Shown piece after piece: positions 60,683 to 64,000 of a stretch of DNA of 64,000 nucleotides. This DNA comes from an uncultured Alphaproteobacteria bacterium (GTDB lineage Bacteria > Pseudomonadota > Alphaproteobacteria > Rhodobacterales > Rhodobacteraceae). The first letter of the stretch is position 1. Every line of letters begins with the position of its first letter. Position numbers and translations under genes: made by a program. Below the pieces are notes generated by a model that saw only the letters and a list, made by a program, of their open reading frames with translations, did not search any database and was not told the origin of the DNA. The stretch spans positions 21,277 through 85,276 of the forward strand of contig CAWAPA010000014.1 in NCBI GenBank assembly GCA_963783595.1. Reading direction: 5' to 3'.

Positions 60683-63557
60683 TCTGCTTGGCCCCTTCCT
60701 TGTCGTAGAACACCGCATCAACGATCCGCGCCGCAACTGTACCGCCCGCGACAGTGTTGAAATGCACCGTCTCGCCCATCCGTTCCGGGCCGCGATGCAA
60801 CAGTCCCATGGCAATGCCCCGCTTTAACGTCGGGCTGTAATAGGTTGATGTCACGCGTCCTTGCGTATTGCGCTGCCCATTCGCGTTCACGCCCTCAGCC
60901 ACGACATAGGCCCCATCCGGGATCACTGAACCGTCAAGCGTTTCCAGGCCGACCAGACGCCAGCGATCAGCGCTAGCCAGATAATTTCGTTCCTGCCCGC
61001 GCTTGCCCAGATAATCAGACTTTTTCTTGGAAATCGCCCAACCCAGGCCCAGGTCTTGCGGGATGACGGTGCCATCAGTTTCATCGCCGATCATGATGAA
61101 CCCCTTTTCCGCCCGCATGATATGAAGGGCTTCTGTGCCGTACGGCATTGCCCCGAACGCCGCGCCCTCGCGCATCAGCACATCCCAGAACGCGGCACCA
61201 TGGCTTGCAGGCACGGCGATTTCATAACTCAACTCGCCTGAAAAACTGATCCGATAGGCTCGCACCGGAAATCCGCCCAGCGTGCCATCTGCAAAGCCCA
61301 TGAACGGCAGCGCTTCGGCTGATACATCCATCCCGCCCAATGTTTCCAGTAACTTGCGCGCATGCGGCCCAACAACCGCAACCTGCGCATACTGCTCAGT
61401 CACATTCGCGGTATAGACCTGCCAGTCCCACCATTCGCACTGGAGCCAGTCTTCCATCCAACCATGGATGCGGTCCGCCCCGCCCGAAGTGGTATGGCAC
61501 AGCCAGGTATCTTCCGAAATGCGTGCGACTACGCCGTCATCCGACAGGAAACCCTGTTCGTTGCACATCAGCCCGTACCGGCATTTACCCACAGGCAGCG
61601 TGCTCATCACCCCGGTGTAGAGCATATCGAGGAAACGCCCCGCATCCGGCCCCTTGACGATGATCTTGCCCAGCGTGCTTGCGTCCAGCAAACCCAGATT
61701 GTTGCGTGTATTCAACACTTCACGCGCCACAGCTGTAGCGTGATCCTCCCCCTCGCGCGGAAAACAGTAGGGCCTGCGCCAAAGACCGACGGGTTCGAAA
61801 TAGGCCCCTGCAGCCTCGTGGGCGGCATGCATGGGAGTTTTTCGAAGCGGTTGGAAGATTTCGCCGCGTGCCTCGCCCGCCAGCGTCCCAAGGGTCACAG
61901 GCGTGTAGGGTGGGCGGAATGTCGTGGTACCAACCTGCGGAATATCTTCATTCAACGCCTGCGAAAGAATTGCCAATCCATTGATATTGCTTAGCTTACC
62001 CTGATCAGTCGCCATCCCCAGCGTAGTATAACGTTTGGTATGTTCAACGCTTTCATACCCCTCGCGCGCGGCAAGTTGTACGTCCGAAACCTTCACATCG
62101 TTCTGATAGTCCAACCACATCTTTGATCGCAGCTTGATGCCCGCCCCCTGTGGCATGGCCCACACTGGCTCGATCCTCGTGTCCTCCAGATCGCCATTTG
62201 CAGCCCCCACGCAAGTCACCATGGCCGAACCGTCATGATTTACAGGTGGCTTTGCCGGATCGGGCCGGAACATCGCATGGTTGTCGTCCCAGATCAGCTT
62301 GCCGCCGCAGTGCGAATACAGATGGACCACAGGCGACCAACCACCCGACATCGCAACCGCATCACAGGCAATCTCTTCGATAAACGCGCCCTCGCCCGCT
62401 TGCATGCAGACTTGCACAGCCATCACCCGCTTGCCGCCCTTGACCCGCGCCACGGCCTTGCCCACCTCGACACGAATGCCCAGGGCGCGCGCCTTCGCGG
62501 GCAGATCGCCTGTCACCGACAGCCGCGCATCCAAAACCACAGGGACCGCCAAACCCGCCTCATGCAGTGCAATCGCTGTGCGATAGGCGTCGTCGTTGTT
62601 CGTGACCACCACCGTCCGGTCACCTGGTGACACGGCATGGTTCACCACATAATCGCGCACGGCAGACGCAAGCATCACGCCCGGTATATCATTGCCCGCA
62701 AAAGACAAAGGCCGCTCGATCGCTCCGGTTGCTGCAATGATCTGCCCTGCCCGAATGCGCCACAACCGCTGCTTTGGTCGTCCGTCACCAGGGGTATGGT
62801 CGGCCACCCGTTCATCGGCCAGCACATAACCGTGGTCGTAAACCCCTGCCGCCTTGCAGCGCAGGCGCAGTGTCACATTGTCCATCGCAGCCAGTTCGGC
62901 AACCATCGGTTCGATATCCGTGCCGTGGTCGACTGGTGCGCGCCCACCCCAGAACGGCGTTTGCTCTATCAACCAGACGCGCTTGCCGGCATGCGCTGCG
63001 TCCAAGGCCGCCTGCAAACCAGCGATCCCGCCGCCTACAATCAGCACATCACAATGCGCATAGGCTTGCTCATACCGATCGGCATCGCGGTCTTTCGGCG
63101 CGCGGCCAAGACCCGCCGATTGCCGGATCACCGGTTCGAACACGTGCTTCCAAAACGCGCGCGGGTGGATGAAAGTCTTGTAGTAAAACCCACCTGGCAG
63201 AAACCGCGCGAGCGTGTTGTTCACCACGCCCACATCGAATTCCAGGCTCGGCCAGTGGTTCTGGCTTGTCGCCTCCAGCCCGTCAAACAACTCTGTTACC
63301 GTCGCCCGCTGGTTCGGCTCCAGTCGGGCGCCAGACCCGAGGTTCACCAGCGCATTCGGCTCTTCCGGACCCGCCGCAACAATTCCGCGCGGTCGGTGAT
63401 ATTTGAACGACCGGCCCACCAGCATCTGGTCGTTGGCCAGCAATGCAGACGCGAGCGTATCGCCCTGATAGCCCCGCATCCGGCGGCCGTTGAAGGTAAA
63501 CTCGGCGGCGGCAGAGCGGTCAATCAACCGCCCGCCTTTGGCAAGACGCGTGCTCAT
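60675..63557 (-). CDS. soxA: sarcosine oxidase subunit alpha
   Basis: 960 aa. N-terminal FTFNGRRMRGYQGDTLASALLAN, a dinucleotide-binding segment (DVLIVGGGIAGLQAA) and a C-terminal aminomethyltransferase-like folate-binding domain. Its ATG overlaps the soxD stop. Confidence 0.85.
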   Translation of the reverse strand: MSTRLAKGGRLIDRSAAAEFTFNGRRMRGYQGDTLASALLANDQMLVGRSFKYHRPRGIVAAGPEEPNALVNLGSGARLEPNQRATVTELFDGLEATSQNHWPSLEFDVGVVNNTLARFLPGGFYYKTFIHPRAFWKHVFEPVIRQSAGLGRAPKDRDADRYEQAYAHCDVLIVGGGIAGLQAALDAAHAGKRVWLIEQTPFWGGRAPVDHGTDIEPMVAELAAMDNVTLRLRCKAAGVYDHGYVLADERVADHTPGDGRPKQRLWRIRAGQIIAATGAIERPLSFAGNDIPGVMLASAVRDYVVNHAVSPGDRTVVVTNNDDAYRTAIALHEAGLAVPVVLDARLSVTGDLPAKARALGIRVEVGKAVARVKGGKRVMAVQVCMQAGEGAFIEEIACDAVAMSGGWSPVVHLYSHCGGKLIWDDNHAMFRPDPAKPPVNHDGSAMVTCVGAANGDLEDTRIEPVWAMPQGAGIKLRSKMWLDYQNDVKVSDVQLAAREGYESVEHTKRYTTLGMATDQGKLSNINGLAILSQALNEDIPQVGTTTFRPPYTPVTLGTLAGEARGEIFQPLRKTPMHAAHEAAGAYFEPVGLWRRPYCFPREGEDHATAVAREVLNTRNNLGLLDASTLGKIIVKGPDAGRFLDMLYTGVMSTLPVGKCRYGLMCNEQGFLSDDGVVARISEDTWLCHTTSGGADRIHGWMEDWLQCEWWDWQVYTANVTEQYAQVAVVGPHARKLLETLGGMDVSAEALPFMGFADGTLGGFPVRAYRISFSGELSYEIAVPASHGAAFWDVLMREGAAFGAMPYGTEALHIMRAEKGFIMIGDETDGTVIPQDLGLGWAISKKKSDYLGKRGQERNYLASADRWRLVGLETLDGSVIPDGAYVVAEGVNANGQRNTQGRVTSTYYSPTLKRGIAMGLLHRGPERMGETVHFNTVAGGTVAARIVDAVFYDKEGAKQNV

Positions 63558-63875
63558 ATGTATTCCCACCCCGGACGCCGGGCCTTGATCTTTGCGATGA
63601 TATCTTCGGGCGGCGCGCTGACTTGCGCCGCATAAGTGCCAAACACCTCCAGCGTTGCGGTACAGCGGGCAGCAAGGAACCACTTCCCACAACCGTATGC
63701 ATGCCGCCAGCGTTCGAAATGCACCCCCTTGGGGTTCTTGCGCGCGAACATGTAGGATTCGAATTCGGCGTCGGTGGAACCGGGCCCGATACCGTTTCAG
63801 ATGCGCCTCATAGCCGGGGGCAAGCTCCGTCTCCTCGGCCATCACACCGCAATAGGGGCATTCAAGGGTTAGCAT
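63554..63875 (-). pseudogene. soxD: sarcosine oxidase subunit delta, frame-disrupted near 63785-63795
   Basis: MLTLECPYCG...EAHLKR then leaves frame. The continuation GPGSTDAEFESYMFARKNPKGVHFERWRHAYGCGKWF is in the +1 frame (ORF 63554..63751). The broken frame runs into soxA, which creates the 1068-aa ORF in the track. Confidence 0.75.
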
Positions 63876-64000
63876 TCTCATCTCCTACTGTCATTTAAAA
63901 GGCGGTTACCGCGAAGGACCGCCGAACGGCAAAAATCAGAGCGGTTCGTGAGCACGAAGGAACTGCCCGACCTGCGGCAACGGGCAGCCATAGAATTGAG

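Noticed and set aside
63882-64000. Expected soxB 3' end immediately upstream of soxD.
   Set aside because: None of the three minus-strand frames at the window edge shows a SoxB-like C-terminus that I can recognise. A frame ending QFLRAHEPL* (stop at 63936-38) is too short to assign, so I made no call.

Overview
GC-rich alphaproteobacterial chromosome segment. It looks Rhodobacteraceae-like, judged only from protein content and gene order, and it is almost entirely housekeeping. Genes in order: ACP-like fragment, lpxD, an ldtD-like/mepK-like pair, rlmE-ppx, and a corrinoid-type C1 cluster (MTHFR-like, pterin-binding methyltransferase, 2Fe-2S/ASKHA reactivase-like). Then an ECF sigma/anti-sigma/fasciclin module, two tandem VWA paralogues, tRNA-Gly(CCC), zwf-pgl-pgi, bdhA, an ABC solute-binding protein, an entericidin-like mini-gene and mfd. 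Then hemB, ccmABCDG, yajC-secD-secF, serS, a hydrolase/FkbM-GT/TspO-like operon and yfgM-bamB-like-der. Finally an Atm1-type exporter with ArsR, a LysM protein, LOG, sodB and soxD-A-G. I saw no CRISPR array, rRNA, transposase, integrase, phage gene or recognisable defence gene, so I cannot name a novel protein-coding system here. Three things are not explained by ordinary gene calls. (1) There are three same-orientation copies of a ~95-nt AT-rich intergenic repeat with conserved ends (perfect TATAAT plus the palindrome TTGACAGCCGTCAA), an identical 74-nt internal spacing, and a perfect DnaA-box 9-mer in two copies. (2) Eight conserved genes are each split by a reading-frame change of the same sign (+1), most simply an insertion-biased sequence error but worth checking. 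(3) A promoter, stem-loop and strong intrinsic terminator sit upstream of bdhA, which could be a small RNA or an attenuator. All product calls rest on motif recognition in the supplied translations; no database search was run.
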